DNA from: Octopus sinensis
Lineage: Eukaryota
DNA length: 64,000 bases
Direction of reading: 5' to 3'
Assembly: GCF_006345805.1 (NCBI RefSeq)
Contig: NC_043013.1
Span: 12,152,001 to 12,216,000, forward strand
The position numbers and the translations under genes were made by a program. How positions within the stretch are numbered: the first letter of the stretch is position 1; each line of letters begins with the position of its first letter. Positions 27,288-40,793 of this stretch are shown here, piece by piece. The notes beneath the pieces were generated by a model, which worked only from the letters and a program-made list of their open reading frames with translations, did not search any database and was not told where the DNA came from.

Positions 27288-27679
27288 GAAGAAAAGAAAA
27301 TGGTGATTGGAAGTTAATAATTGCTTATTCAGTCTGCTATAATGAATCCATAAACACATATAAAACATCCAAGGCTATTTTTTCCCTCTGAAGATACTAT
27401 GCTCAGGTCATATAAATATAAATTTAATATTCACCGAGTATTGATTGAAACATCTGTAAGTGAAGATGATTAATTTGCTGTTAATAATAAACAATTAACT
27501 TCCCAATCTCCATTGTCTTTTATATGCACATAAAATATATGTTTTTTTATATGTACCTATTATTTTAAGGAAATTATTTCCCCCAAAATACAAGGCATTG
27601 AACAAGTATCTTCTTGGATGAAACCATACCTTCATGAGGTTAACATAACCTCTAATCGTATATGTGCATATATATACAT

Positions 27680-27832
27680 ATATGTAATAGTACTTATTTA
27701 ATCGACCCCGAAAGGATGAAAAGCAAAGTCGACCTCGGCAGAATTTGAACTCAAAACGTAACGGCAGATGAAATACCACTAAGCAGTTAGGTTGCCCGGC
27801 GAGCTAACGATTCTAGCAGCTCGCCGCCCTAA
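27680..27832 (-). mobile_element. SINE family B
   Basis: tcgaccccgaaaggatgaaaagcaaagtcgacctcggcagaatttgaactc..gcgagctaacgattctagcagctcgccgcc. Confidence 0.85.
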
Positions 27833-28292
27833 CTTTCTTAGCTTTCAGCTAGAATGTATGATTTTTTTTCTTTTAAACTAAAGCATCGCCAAACATACCT
27901 TTGATTATTAGGGAAGTAGATGTCACGTGAGATCACATTCGATTATAACCCCAGCTATACACCCCAGAATTTATTCAATTTTTAAAGCCCGCTATTTATA
28001 TCGATGTCTTACAGCGAACAACTAAGTTACGAGAATGGAAACACACCAACACCGGGTGTGAATCGCTGGTAAGGGAAAAACACGGGCACAAAGATACACT
28101 CACAATATACATATATTCATCACTGGGGATGTGCAAAAGTAGCCCGAAACAGGACAGTCTGGTGGTGCTGACTAGTGACAGAAAGATTACATCGATTCTA
28201 TCGATAACAAGCTGGACGAGGCGTCTTCTTAGGGTTAAAAATAATAGTAACGTCGGTTCGCACGGAACAGCCATGTTGAAGTGGCGGCATAC

Positions 28293-28373
<81 letters not shown>

Positions 28374-28375
28374 TA

Positions 28376-29113
28376 AAAATACAAAATGGGACAAGAACGC
28401 AAAACATTCAAATAGACGACACAAAAAACGGACGGGTCATTCGAAGCCTCTAATCTTCAGTCAAGAACCGGATCATCCTCGCAATTTTGGCTGATTAATC
28501 TTGAGATCGCTCCGATCCGGCCAGCCCCAAGGAAAAACTAAGCTACGAACATTAGATTTCTTGGAAGAAGGATCGAATGTATACGAAACAAGGACAGAAA
28601 AACGGACGATGCCACACGAATATAAATACAAAAAAACAAAAGGTAATAAAGTAGAGTTCACAGTAATCCATAAGTAGGAGAGGTGCAGCCGGGGGATAAA
28701 ATGTCCAAAAGAGAATCCGTAAAGGGTAGAAAGGTAGAAAGTCCAGTAGAGAAGTTCGTGGGTGATAAGAGGAGACAGGATCAACTGGTGCGACAACATG
28801 AGAGTGCGATATACGGGGAGAATTCACAAAAAAAACAACAAAAGATGAAAACACATGGTGTAGAAAACAAACAGATGTATTAGTATAACGCTCAGGAATT
28901 GAAAAAGTCTTACGTTTCGAGCTTACGCTCTTCCACAGAAAGGAACACAGGAAGAAACAAGGAGAGAAACAAGGAGAAAAAAAAAAAGGACTGTGGAAGA
29001 GCGTAGGCTCGAAACATAAAAGAATTTTTCAATTCCTGAGCGTTATACTGATACATCTGTTTGTCTTCTACACCACCTGCCTTCGTCTTATGTTTTATTT
29101 TCGTGAATTCTCC
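28376..29113. mobile_element. Non-autonomous Penelope-type repeat with an inverted duplication of its hammerhead-like region
   Basis: Arms 28817-28938 and 28991-29113 are reverse complements; each holds CTGTGGA-A-GAGC-n4-GCTC-GAAAC; same family as 61560-61812. The Penelope link is inferred from the hammerhead motif and the inverted end. Confidence 0.6.
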
Positions 29114-29148
29114 TTCCATATGAATATATACAGATAGATAGATAGATA

Positions 29149-30218
29149 TGTTTCTTTATTAGCCACACAGGGCTGCACACAGATAGAACAAATTACAAGG
29201 TAGAGCTTTTCTTTTGAAGGTTTAAAAAAAAAAAAAAGGAATGGGGAGTTTCGATCAAAAGGGATCGTAAAAGGAGAGAAAGAGGACAAAAAAGGGGGGT
29301 TTAAAAAAAGGGGGAGAGGAAAAAAAAAATTGATCAATAGGGATCGTTATCACAGAAATGTCAATATGAAGTGTAAAGGGGAGGACAGGTGAGGTGTTTA
29401 CCCGTGGAAAGAAAAGCCTACGGAAAAGACCACGGTAACCTCGGTCAATGGAGTCACATGTTGTATTTCTTTTTTTTTTTTTTGCAATAAGCAACTCTCT
29501 GTTTTCAATTTCTGGTTCATAGGATCATGCTCAAGGTGGCTTCGTCATTCATACGTGCCATTCTTGCTACATTCACCCATCTTTTTTAAAACATTCGCTA
29601 GACAAAACTTGCCTCTCTACTCTCACTTTCCTTTTCAAGTGGTACTTGAAGAAGTTGATGAGAGATTGACCAGAGAGGAAAGTGTTTGTCTCCAATCCTT
29701 TCAGACGCGTCCACCAGATACATTCTTTCGCCATAGCCACAAGGATGATGAAAATAGCTCTTCCTTCCCGTTTGAAGGAGGGAGGCGTGACAATATTAAC
29801 GATAGACTCAGCTGATAAACCGACTCGTCCCACACGTGACAGCAGTTGTTCGACACAAGCCCACAGGTCAGAAATTGTTGGACACTGCACGAATGCGTGC
29901 AGAACGGTTTCGTCGCTCTGACCGCATCTCGGCAGGGGGTCGCCCCGTGTTTCTCGAGCCGTGCTGTAGAGCTTATCCCGAACGGGTAGCGCTTCTCGGT
30001 AGCACTGCCAGGCTAGGGATCTTGGAAGTTGTCCATGGGCCCTGGCCCGAAAGTCGTCCTGAACAGGCGGGTCAGGTACTCCTCGTCGACGTCCAGGTCG
30101 CCCCGAGCTCGTCGTCGTACCTCCCCTCCACTAAACCCCTATAGAATGCTTTGGTTGTGTTGAAGTCACTCAAGGTCGACCCAGGACGGCAGAGTTGCTT
30201 GAGAGCAACGCGACACTC
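29149..30218 (-). mobile_element. 5'-truncated Tx1/L1-clade LINE: ORF2 C-terminus with zinc finger plus complete 3' UTR
   Basis: Minus strand: TKAFYRGLVEG..SLAWQCYREALPVRDKLY..PRCGQSDETVLHAFVQCPTISDLW..FFKYHLKRKVRVER..TLSMIL* (stop 29517-29519, frameshifts present); AATAAA near 29155-29160; 19-bp direct repeat on both flanks. Confidence 0.88.
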
Positions 30219-30226
30219 ACAGATAG

Positions 30227-30258
<32 letters not shown>

Positions 30259-30939
30259 ACATATACATACATACATATGTATATATATACATACATTACA
30301 CACACATACATATACATATAATCATTATACATATATATATATATATATATATAATCCTTATACATACATATATATGGAAGTTTATAGTGTAGTCAGTAGA
30401 AGGTGTAGATGATGGTGGTAGTGTGAGTTAATATTGTTTTTTGTTGTTGTATGTACTTTATTGACGGCAACAACAACGACATTAAGTTGTGTTATTAAGT
30501 TAGAGTTCATTTCGTAATTCTGCACGTGTCATTAACATCAATAATTTAAAAGGAGGAAATTCAACAAAACAAGCGCCAACATTACCACCATCGCCATCCT
30601 CATTATCATCGCCGTTGTCATCATCATCATCGTTGTCGTCGTCGTCGTATCAAAGTTGTCTCAGTGGTTGTTACCCCGCTCCTCCTTACCACCATCAAAA
30701 CAACAACAACAACAATAATAATAATAATAGCAACAATGACAATACCTACAACTACAAGATAAGGAAACAATGATGGAAGAACAATGCACTAAATAGTTTA
30801 TATTACTGATATAAATGTATAAAAATAATTGAAAAGGTCTTTAAATAAAGAAAATACGCAAAGATGATAAGCGCAGAGAGAGTGAGAGAGAGAGAGAGAG
30901 GAAAGCACACAGAGCGACACACAGACAGACAGATAGACA

Positions 30940-31290
<351 letters not shown>

Positions 31291-32798
31291 CGATCGATAG
31301 ATTGACAGATAGTTACGAAGAACCAAACAAGAATGAAGAAACTAAGTAAAATTTTGTTCCTGCAAAAACCGATGATATGGAAACGATTGGAACTTCTTTG
31401 ATCATTGGTCTGCTCGATCAGATTTGACATCAGTTTAAACAACAATAACAACGACTGCAACAACATGTACATTGCTACTGTCAAATATGAAGCCTCCCTG
31501 CAGTCGTTTGTCCAACTAGAAATAGCAACAATATCTCCCAGAATTTATATCGTAGTCATACAAAGAATAAGGCGTACACTAAATTATGTGGAATTTAAAA
31601 ACACGAGGAACTGTCATGGCTAGATTGTCTTTGGTCATAGTAGCCTGTAAATACTCACAGAGACAATGACAGAGCCTCTTGATGGACACTGAAGTTGTTA
31701 GTAAAAGCAGCCAATTTTCTGCAGATTTACTCTCATTGTCTTCAAAAATGAACATGCTGGATAATGAATGCTAGATTACACGATACAGAGTAAAATAAAA
31801 GATGGGATGGTCACGCCTGGTATAGTTTCGATTATACGTCGTATCCAGCATAGTCTCACTCATATATATGCAAAAGTATCGCCAAGGAAGCCAATAAAAG
31901 TGATCCTAATTGGTCACTTCACATACTAGAAATAGAACTAAAATTACTATTAAAATTAAAGTTTCTATTTTAAGAATAAAGTGATCTCAAGTTATAGTGG
32001 ATTGTATAGCAAAGCCGTTTGATATCTAAAGCCCAAAAGAGACGGGATGGTCGTGGGTAGAAATATTTGCCCATATTTTAATGTCAGTTATGGCCTACTT
32101 GAGTCTAAACAACACTTTGCTAATTTCCACTGATTCAGGTTGCAGATCATGTGATAGTCCGTAGTGTCCTTGAGCATCCGGTTGATCATCATCATTGAAT
32201 CATTTCTTGAAGCGATAAAACATTAGTGGATGAACCACCGAGGGATGTTTTCCTCAGCGGGTTTTCTCAGTTTAGGTCAACTAAATTCCCTCGCAAGGAT
32301 CTGGTCAGCTCGGGGCTATAGTAGAAGACATTTTCCCAAGTTGCCACGCAGTGGAACTGAAACCCAAACCATGTGGTTTGGGAGCAAGCGTATCCCCGCA
32401 GAGCCATGCCAGTGCTTAATCTATTTTTAGCTAAGTTCCTAGTTCTTACCCTTCCTTATTTACGATATCATACACGATGGGACTGTTTTGAGTGTGTGCG
32501 TGTGCGTGAGTGCGTATGAGTATGTGTGTGCCTGTCTGCCTCTACCTGTGTGTGTGTATGCAGGTGTGTATGTGTGTGTGTGTATGTATATATGTGTGTG
32601 TATGTATGTATGTGTGTGTTTGTATGTTTGTGTTATAAATTATAATTTCTTACTAGATTACAATGTATATTGATATTTGTTGCTTTTATTTGTTTTGGGG
32701 CATGAGTCGATTTCGGATACAATTTCGGATCCATTACACCAAATACGCACGCAAGCATTCACAAACACACGCGCAAACACACACACACATGCACACAA

Positions 32799-32831
<33 letters not shown>

Positions 32832-33035
32832 ATAATATATTATATATATAATATATATATATCTATATATATATATATATTATATGCATATATGCATTGT
32901 GTCTGTGATTACGCATGTGTAGGACGGTTTCTTTTATGTCTGGCAAATTAATTATTAAGTTATATATTCTTAAATATCTTTATCGTACATTCACACACAT
33001 GTATCTATATGCATATATATATATATATATGAACA

Positions 33036-33081
<46 letters not shown>

Positions 33082-33796
33082 TACATGTGTGTGTGTAAGA
33101 GTTTATAATTATGTATGTTAAATATATTAGTAGTTTTATATACTTCATTCATTAAACAATTTTTCTGATATTAATATATATTTTTGTTTAAAGATTGATT
33201 TGTTTTCCTTTCTTCTTTTGTTATTTGTATATGTTATAATTTAATATTTTAATTTAGTAATTAATTAACCGGAGTGAATTGGCAGAGCTAAATACCATAT
33301 TTTAATCAAAACAAATAAAATTTGTCATTTAATAACGTTTTCCAGGCATTTTTAATTCAGCCACCGAGATTGACAAGTACGCACCGAAGTTTATATTTAG
33401 TTATAAAAAAATATTATTATAAACATTCAGTATAGAGTAGTGGAGCGCCGCGTAAAATGTCATGTGGTATTAAGTTACAACACACTATATTCCGAAATCA
33501 AAGCCCACCACGGCCGACTTTAATGTTGATCATTCTTGAGACGAATTTTTCACATAATAATCAACTTAAATTTGTTGCTAGGTTCCTTTATCATCAATAA
33601 CATTCTAATATGATTCCCTGTGTTATGCCGCTGATAAAGTACCATACGTGCGAATGTTTTCATGATTGCTTGTCTACTACTCAAAATCCTGAATGTTTTA
33701 CACTCAAGAGATACTTTCGTTATAATTATGAGATATTTAAACATTGAATTACTACAGAGTGACCAAAAGCTTTTCAGAATTTAATAATAGAAACAG

Positions 33797-34215
33797 TATT
33801 ATTTCTAAGTCACTCTAAAGGAGACTACGGTAGCGGTACTGGATATTAATAGTTATGGCCAAGCTAATATGGCAGTCCATAAATATAGGACGAAAGCTAC
33901 CGTTGATTGGCTCCAAGAGGCCATTGCCTTTAGCTAGCTACATTGCACACGAACCTGTGTCCATTATAACCTTCGAACAGAGGAGGTTAAGCGCTTCCCC
34001 TTGCTTGTCAGGCATGTGCAGACATATTTCGGGGAAATTGCCCTTTATCAATGCAGAGTAGCCGAACCCAGCAGGCGTCGCTACTGACCGTCTGTTCGAA
34101 GGATTATTTACCTAAATTCAGTGGAATACATCCACTGGTTTTCAAAAATAAAAATATTATTATTTCTAAGTCTCTCTAAAGGAGACTACGGCAGCGGTAC
34201 TGGATATTAATAGTT
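33797..34215. repeat. 58-bp direct repeats (33797-33854, 34158-34215; 2 mismatches) flanking a 303-bp insert
   Basis: tattatttctaagtc(a/t)ctctaaaggagactacgg(t/c)agcggtactggatattaatagtt occurs twice. Confidence 0.9.
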
Positions 34216-34261
34216 TCAAGATATTAATAGAATTTAATAGCTTTTCTAATTTTAAACTTTA

Positions 34262-35200
34262 GTTCACAATGCCATAGTGTTTTGCAGAATAGATACGGAA
34301 TATGAATTTACGTTAGTTGTGAAAGATTAGATCCTTTAAGTGGTATCCATTTTCGGCTTCGCACGAATGTGTCCTTCTCAGAAATATTTCATCACAGACC
34401 TTGGTGTTTCGGTCTCTAGTTCTTTGATTTCTGTCTGAATATTGTCCTTTAGCTGTGTCAGAGACTAAGACTTCTTGACATACACCTGTTCTTTCAGATA
34501 GACTCTTAGGAAGAAATTAGGTTTTGTTACGACTGGGGTAAGTAATGGCCAGTTTATGCTTTAACCACGAGAAATTATTCTTTCTCCAAAACTTTGTCTA
34601 AAATGTTGGATTGTGACACTTGTTGTATGAGCTGCAACCCCATTATATGGGAACCACATATCAGGTTTATCTCGAAATAATGTCCATAGGAAATTTTCAA
34701 ACATAAAGATGGCTGTCAGTTTCGTCTTCAAAAATGAAATGGCCGATCACTTCTTACGTTATCTCATACTATACCGTACTTAATGGGGTGCAATTCATTT
34801 TGGACAATCGACCTAAGAATTTCAATCTCAAATCTAGCAATTTTGTTGGTTGATATAAACCATCAAAATCAAAAATATTTCCTCCAATATTATCATGATC
34901 TTCACTGGTTAATTCTTCCATTCTAATTGCAGGTCGTAATCGTGTGGCCTTATTTGTTATTCATTTTTTGTATGTAATCAGGCTGATTCCTCGTAAGAAT
35001 TTGTTGGAGTGACATCCGAGGCTACCTTCGACTTGATGAGATCCGATCTTCTTCGATATTGTCCGATACTCGCTCAACTACTTCGTTCCTAAACGTACAT
35101 ATTCTATCACTTCGTGGAAAGCCACTTACTAAATCTTTCACTCCAAAACGCAAAACGGCACATCAAATTTCCTAATTATAGATTCACTTAGAGAATCTCT
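34262..35200 (-). mobile_element. Decayed Tc1/mariner-superfamily transposase (probably maT/DD37D-like), interrupted by a SINE remnant at about 34770-34870
   Basis: Minus strand: VERVSDNIEED..SLQQILTR; EVIGHFIFEDE; WFPYNGVAAHT..FGERIISRG..NWP..NFFLRVYLKEQVY..LTQLKDNIQTEI, compared with consensus WFQQDGATAHT/WPPRSPDL..DFFLWGYLK. Confidence 0.7.
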
Positions 35201-35611
35201 CACTACGTAATGACTACGATATACTCGTTGATTTTGAATTATTGATCCTTGTTATTTGACAGTAAAATTTCACTACTTGTGTCGTTTATTCACAGGTATA
35301 CTTTTTTCATGTTCAATTTCCAAAATCTTCTTTATAAAATACTCGAAACAAAAGTATAGCAAGTTAAGAAACAAAGAAAAAATGCAACTTCCAGACTCTA
35401 TGTGGCCCTATGTGACTTTGGGGCCACTCTGTATAACAGCTCATTTCTGTGATTTACCATATATGCCGACGCATAAGACGCACTCTCGCAAAACAGACAT
35501 CACTTTCTTACATGAATATTTTGTGAGGAAAATAGTAAATGTAATATATTTTGTCATATACATATTGAAAAATATATAAAGTGATTTCGATGGGAAAATA
35601 TGTGATTTTTT

Positions 35612-37062
35612 TGCATTAAGGAGTGGTTCTCCAGTTTTATCAACAGTGAAAAAGTGGGCAACTTAATTTAGGGAGGGAAGGGAGAGTCTTGAAAATGGCC
35701 CAAGGTCGGAACATCCTGCAACGGCCACCACTCTCTCTTGGTTCAGTCATTTGACTGTGGCCATGCTGGAGCACCGCTTTTAGTCTAGCAAATCGACCCT
35801 TGGACCTTTTCTTTGTAAGCCTAGTACTTATTCTATCGGTTTCTTTTGCCGAACTGCTAGGTTACAGGGACTTAAACACACCAGCTTCGGTTGTCAAGCG
35901 ATGTTGGGGAAAAAACAGACACAAGAACATATACACACACATACTTACATACATACATACATACATACATGCATACATATATATATATATGCATATATAC
36001 GACGGGCTTCTTTCAGTCTCCGTCTACCAAATCCACTCACAAGGCTTTAGTTGACCCGAGGCTATAGTAGAAGACATATGCTCAAGGTGCCACGCAGTGG
36101 GACTGAACCTGAAACCATGTGGTTCGTAAGCAAGGTACTTACCACACAGCCACTCCTACACTTGAGGAAAATATTGATCGTGTTCACCACATGACGATGA
36201 ATGACAGGCGATTGACAATAAATCAAATAGACAATGTTGGTAGGATATCCCGTGAGAGAGTTGAGAATACTCTACACAATAAACTTAGTATGACGAAGGT
36301 TTATACTAGATGGAAACCGTGTTTCTGACACCTGATCAAAAAGACGCCAGACTAATGACATTAAGGGAAATTTGAAATTATTTGAGGTGGATCCAGTGGG
36401 TTTTCTTGAAGGTTTCCTAAGCCAGGATGTGTGTTGGGTTCATCCCTTTGAGCCAGAGACAAAGAAATACTCCATGTTGTGGAAACACTCCTCACCTACT
36501 CTTAAGAAGGTCGTTTTATTTGCAGGGAAGGCGATGACTCAGTGTTTTTGGAAGCAAAAGTCATTGTTTATTGACTATCATCAAAAGAGTCACACCATCA
36601 ATGGAGAGCACTATGCTATCTTTCTGAGGCAGTTACGATTGGCTACCAAAACCAATCGCCCACGAAAAATGTCGAAAGGATGTCCTGCCTCATCAGGACA
36701 ATGCTCCATAACACAAGTACTTGGTTTCAATGGTCTTTTTTACTTGACTGTAGCTTTGAACTGGTTGATACCCTCCCTATTCCTGGTTTGGCCCCATCTG
36801 ACTATCATCTTTTCCCAAACATGAAAAATCACATGGCTGGGAACCAGTATCGGATTGATGATGATGTCATATCTTGTGTTGATGACTAATTTTTTACCAA
36901 CAGGATGAAAGCTTCTTCACCAATGGAACTCAAAGACAGCAGTAGCGATAGAAGAAGTGTGTGGACGACTGAAAGCGGTTCTATGTTGAAAAATAAACCT
37001 CATTTTGGTCACATTTCATGAGAGTATTTTGGTCGGTCAATGAACTTTTCAGTTGTTTCTCG
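35612..37062 (+). mobile_element. Decayed mariner transposon split by a SINE
   Basis: STVKKWA..FREGRESLEN.PRS..PATATT | EENIDRVHHM..DRRLTINQI..; WVHPFEPETK; HQDNAP; LAPSDYHLFPNMK; TIR-like end aacttttcagttgtttctcg-TA at 37043-37064. Confidence 0.88.
35733..36157 (-). mobile_element. SINE family A, full length, inserted in the mariner CDS
   Basis: Complete family A tail-to-head match, located between codons ATATT and EENID. Confidence 0.9.
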
Positions 37063-38093
37063 TAACAAATTTATATTCATAAATCACTGCTTACTGCTAC
37101 TAACCTGCATACACACACACTTCTGTGTGCGTGTGAATATACGCATATAATCTGAAAGAATCATACACTAGTTTCATTCTTCCTTTCCCCTCCGCTAGAT
37201 TGTCTTATATCATTTTTTATTTTTCGTTTTTTTTTTTTCTTTGTCAGATATGCATCTGTTTATTGTAAATTCTAGGCCGTATGGGGACTGTCTACGACAA
37301 ACCAATACTTACTCTGATCCCCACTGATGCGTTGTGGCTTGCTGTTTTAATCTATAGAACTTTTCAGTTAAGCATAATATGCAATGACTGTATCCATTGG
37401 TGTGTAATTTGCATTTATCACCAATGCAGCATATTACAGAAACACCTACCTTTCTATGATACCTCAGATTTCATATGAATTAGGACAAGATCGTAAAGTC
37501 TATATTCCTTCGTTTGAATGCATGTATTTAGCTGTTAAAACGAATTTTGAAAGCATTCATAGTCAAACTTCTATTACTCTTTTATTCTTTTCGATATTTT
37601 CGGGAATTTTATCGGTGCCTTTTATATATTAATATTTGGAAAGGCAATGCACTGTTAACTCATAGATAGCGGATATTTTGCAGGTATATAAGGTCTGTTA
37701 GAATAAGATTTGTCTATGTGTGAGCGTCTGCTAGCACTTTTGAGATTTTGGAAGAGATTAGTTCTAAGCATGAGCAGAAAGCTTCAACATAATTAATGAC
37801 AAGTTTTTTTGCTTTGACGGCGGAACATATTATCTTACTAGAAATTGAACTTCGTAGTTATACAAGGAATTGTATTCATGTTTGCAGGTGGATGGAATCC
37901 GATATTATTCCTCTAGCTGCCCTTTCACTGGTCCTTGTATACTAGCCTCTCGCTAAAACTATTTCTGGTCAGAGCATCGTTTTTATAGTATGTGTCCTGT
38001 TAGAGAAATTCCTGTATGACGACATATCAGTGATTTCTCATTTATTACATTTGCAAGTCTTCCAGTTACTGCAGGAGTTTGATGGATATAAAT

Positions 38094-38316
38094 TTATATA
38101 TCTATATATATGTATGGTGTCCCTTTATGCCCTTCTGTCTGCGTGGTGTATGTAGTCTTTAAGTTTTTGCTAGGAATAATATTTACACCGAAATCTTTGA
38201 ATACACCAATAGATTCTTTTCTATTATTGCTGGCGTAATGATTTATAGAATGAGAGAATGATAAGCCATTATCGGTGTACAATTTGTGGCTATGAGTTGT
38301 GGTGCATTCTGACCGT
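38094..38316 (-). CDS. Candidate terminal coding exon, unknown protein
   Basis: Acceptor gctgttattttttcag (AG at 38317-38318); open frame RSECTTTHSHKLYTDNG..GTPYIYIDI* in non-repetitive DNA; phase matches the candidate at 50191-50457. No homology recognised. Confidence 0.33.
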
Positions 38317-39939
38317 CTGAAAAAATAACAGCATCACTACTCAGATAGATACAACTCCTTCCCATATTCACATAAAAAAAGAGGACACTGCCGTTATTGA
38401 CCCAATAGAAAACGCCATATTATAACAGCGAGTTCCTTGTGTAACCTATTCGCTAATTATAGAAGCCTAAGGCTTTGCAGCTGAATGATTCCGATATAGT
38501 CGACAAGCTTTCGATCAGAAGTCTGTAGGTATAACTACATGCGTATGACGTGAGTCTAAGAGATTAATTTGGTTCGTTTTCTAAAAATTATTTATTGTAC
38601 CGATTCTGAAAAGAAAATTTTTATTTCGATGCAAGGAAAGCACTACACAACGGCACATCTGCTGCGCTATTAATCAAAACTTGTGGAACTCCTAATTTTG
38701 AAGTTAACTGTGTCAAAAATACAGTGACTAAAAATACTTCATTCAACAATGCCGTTGCTAAAAATATTTGATTTCTAGGAGGTGATTAGCCTACATTTTA
38801 GCTTAGTGAGGACATAGCCTTGAGGTCCTTAAAAGTTGTATAAAGTTTGTGCATAAAAAATCTGGGCTTGTAATCTATATTTTACTGGGATACGAGCTAC
38901 TTGGTTTCTGTATTTATCGCTGGCTTTGTGAATTTCTTTTTTTGTGAGAGTGTGTGTGTATGTATTGTGAAGTTTACATATATTTTTGATTAGTATGTAT
39001 ACATGTGAACTTTAGACGATTATTTGAACGCTTTACATACACATATACAAAAGCTCACTCACGCACACGCACGCATACACACACACACACACAAACAAAC
39101 ACCCCACACACATATACACACTTAGACGGTGTATATACTGTGTGGATCCGTATGTATTTGTAGGGGAGGGCTGTTTGTGTCTAGCAAATTATTTTTTAAT
39201 GAAATTTTCTCACCGTGTTTTGTGTGTATGTATGTATGTGTATATCTGTGCATGTGTGTGCGTGTGTATATCTACGTACATTTGAATGTGTGTTCAATGT
39301 ATCAAATGTTTCATTTTGTTTATTCTTTAAAGCGTTTTTCATGCTGTTATTAACTTTTATTTTAAAGTCATTTGTATATTTACTTTTGCATATATTATAA
39401 TTTATTATTTTAATTTAGTAATTAATTAACTGGGGAGGATTGACAGGACTAAATACCAGTTTTTGGCGGAGACATCATGACAAAAAAATAAATATATTTT
39501 AATTAGGGAGTTCCGACCATGTTGAATTCAAATACCAACATTGACAAATTCTATATTTATTGCACTAGATTTGACAGATGACTACAAAACGAAATATAAT
39601 TAGAGGCACTGGAGGCTATAGATTAGCGGGACGTAGGAAAAATTAATTGAAACGTCTTTTTTCCTAATCCCTTGACGTTTTCATTTTAAATACCGCCGAA
39701 GTTAACTTGGCTACTCATTCCTTCGTAGTCGATAAGTAAAGATTATACTAGTACATTACCTGGGTCGATATAATTGAATATAACTTTCGAGAAAAACTGT
39801 GGCCTTCAGCCTATATCACGGTCAATATTGTGGGTTTCATTAAGGTGGCGAGCTGGCAGAATCGTTAGCATCCCGGTCAAAATGCTTAGCGGCATTTCGT
39901 CCGTCTTTACGTTCTGAATTCAAATTCCACCGATACCCT

Positions 39940-40052
39940 TATACTCTTTTACTTGTTGCAGTCATTTGACTGTGGCCATGATGGAGCAGCGCCTTTAGTC
40001 GAGGAAATCAACCCAAGGATTTATTTTTTGTAAGCCTAGTACTTATTCTATT
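39940..40052 (-). mobile_element. SINE family A 3' fragment, adjoining a family B head at 39841-39931
   Basis: tactcttttacttgttgcagtcatttgactgtggccatgatggagcagcgcctttagtcgag. Confidence 0.8.
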
Positions 40053-40404
40053 TGTCATTTTTACATTAATCTTAATCTTATTTCGGCCAGAGTTCTTTCG
40101 TCACACTCCTGTGACCTCATCAGTGGTCCTTTGCTTCCTTCTTTCTTAATTGTGTGTCTCTCCTTACTAACGGTCAGCCACTATTAAGTCCAAAAATTGC
40201 AAAACGGAAGTAAGAGGTCCAATAATCGGTTTGTTTTTTGTGTAAAAAATAATGTTTTACAGAAGCAAAGAATCGGCGGGCGCTTTTTGTCTTCTCCCAT
40301 TAATATCATGTTATTTCATCATTCATCTTATCAATGTTTCTGTCTAGCCTAAAAGCTACTCTGTATCTTGCCTTTATGGCAAAATTTTTTGAAATAAAGT
40401 AATT

Positions 40405-40793
40405 TGCTCACCAACTACATGGCTCCGGGTCCGGTCCCACTGCGTGGCACCTTGGGCAAGTGTCTTCTACTATAGCCTCGGGCCGACCAAAGCCTTGTGA
40501 GTGGATTTGGTAGACGGAAACTGAAAGAAGTCCATCGTATATATGTATATATGTGTGTATGTGTGTGTGTATATGCTTGTGTGCCTGTGTTTGTCCTCCC
40601 TCCCCAACATCGCTTGACAACCGATGCTGGTGTGTGTACGTCTCCGTAACTTAGCGTTTCGGCAAAAGAGACAGATAGAATTAGTACTAGTCTTACAAAG
40701 AATAAGTCCTGGGGTCGATTTGCTCGACTAAAGGTGGTGCTCCAGCATGGCCGCAGTCAAATGACTGAAATAAGTAAAAGAGTAAAGGAGTAA
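40405..40793 (+). mobile_element. SINE family A, near full length
   Basis: Runs from the B-box region through the tail gtaaaagagtaaaggagtaa. Confidence 0.9.

Noticed and set aside
37270-37470. Cys-rich minus-strand exon with a GTAAGT donor at about 37311
   Set aside because: The frame (HCILCLTEKFY..GSE*VLVCRR) resembles the C-terminal C..CLTEK..SEL..KCRH motif of Penelope-type GIY-YIG domains on both sides of the supposed donor, so a transposon remnant is more likely. This is uncertain.
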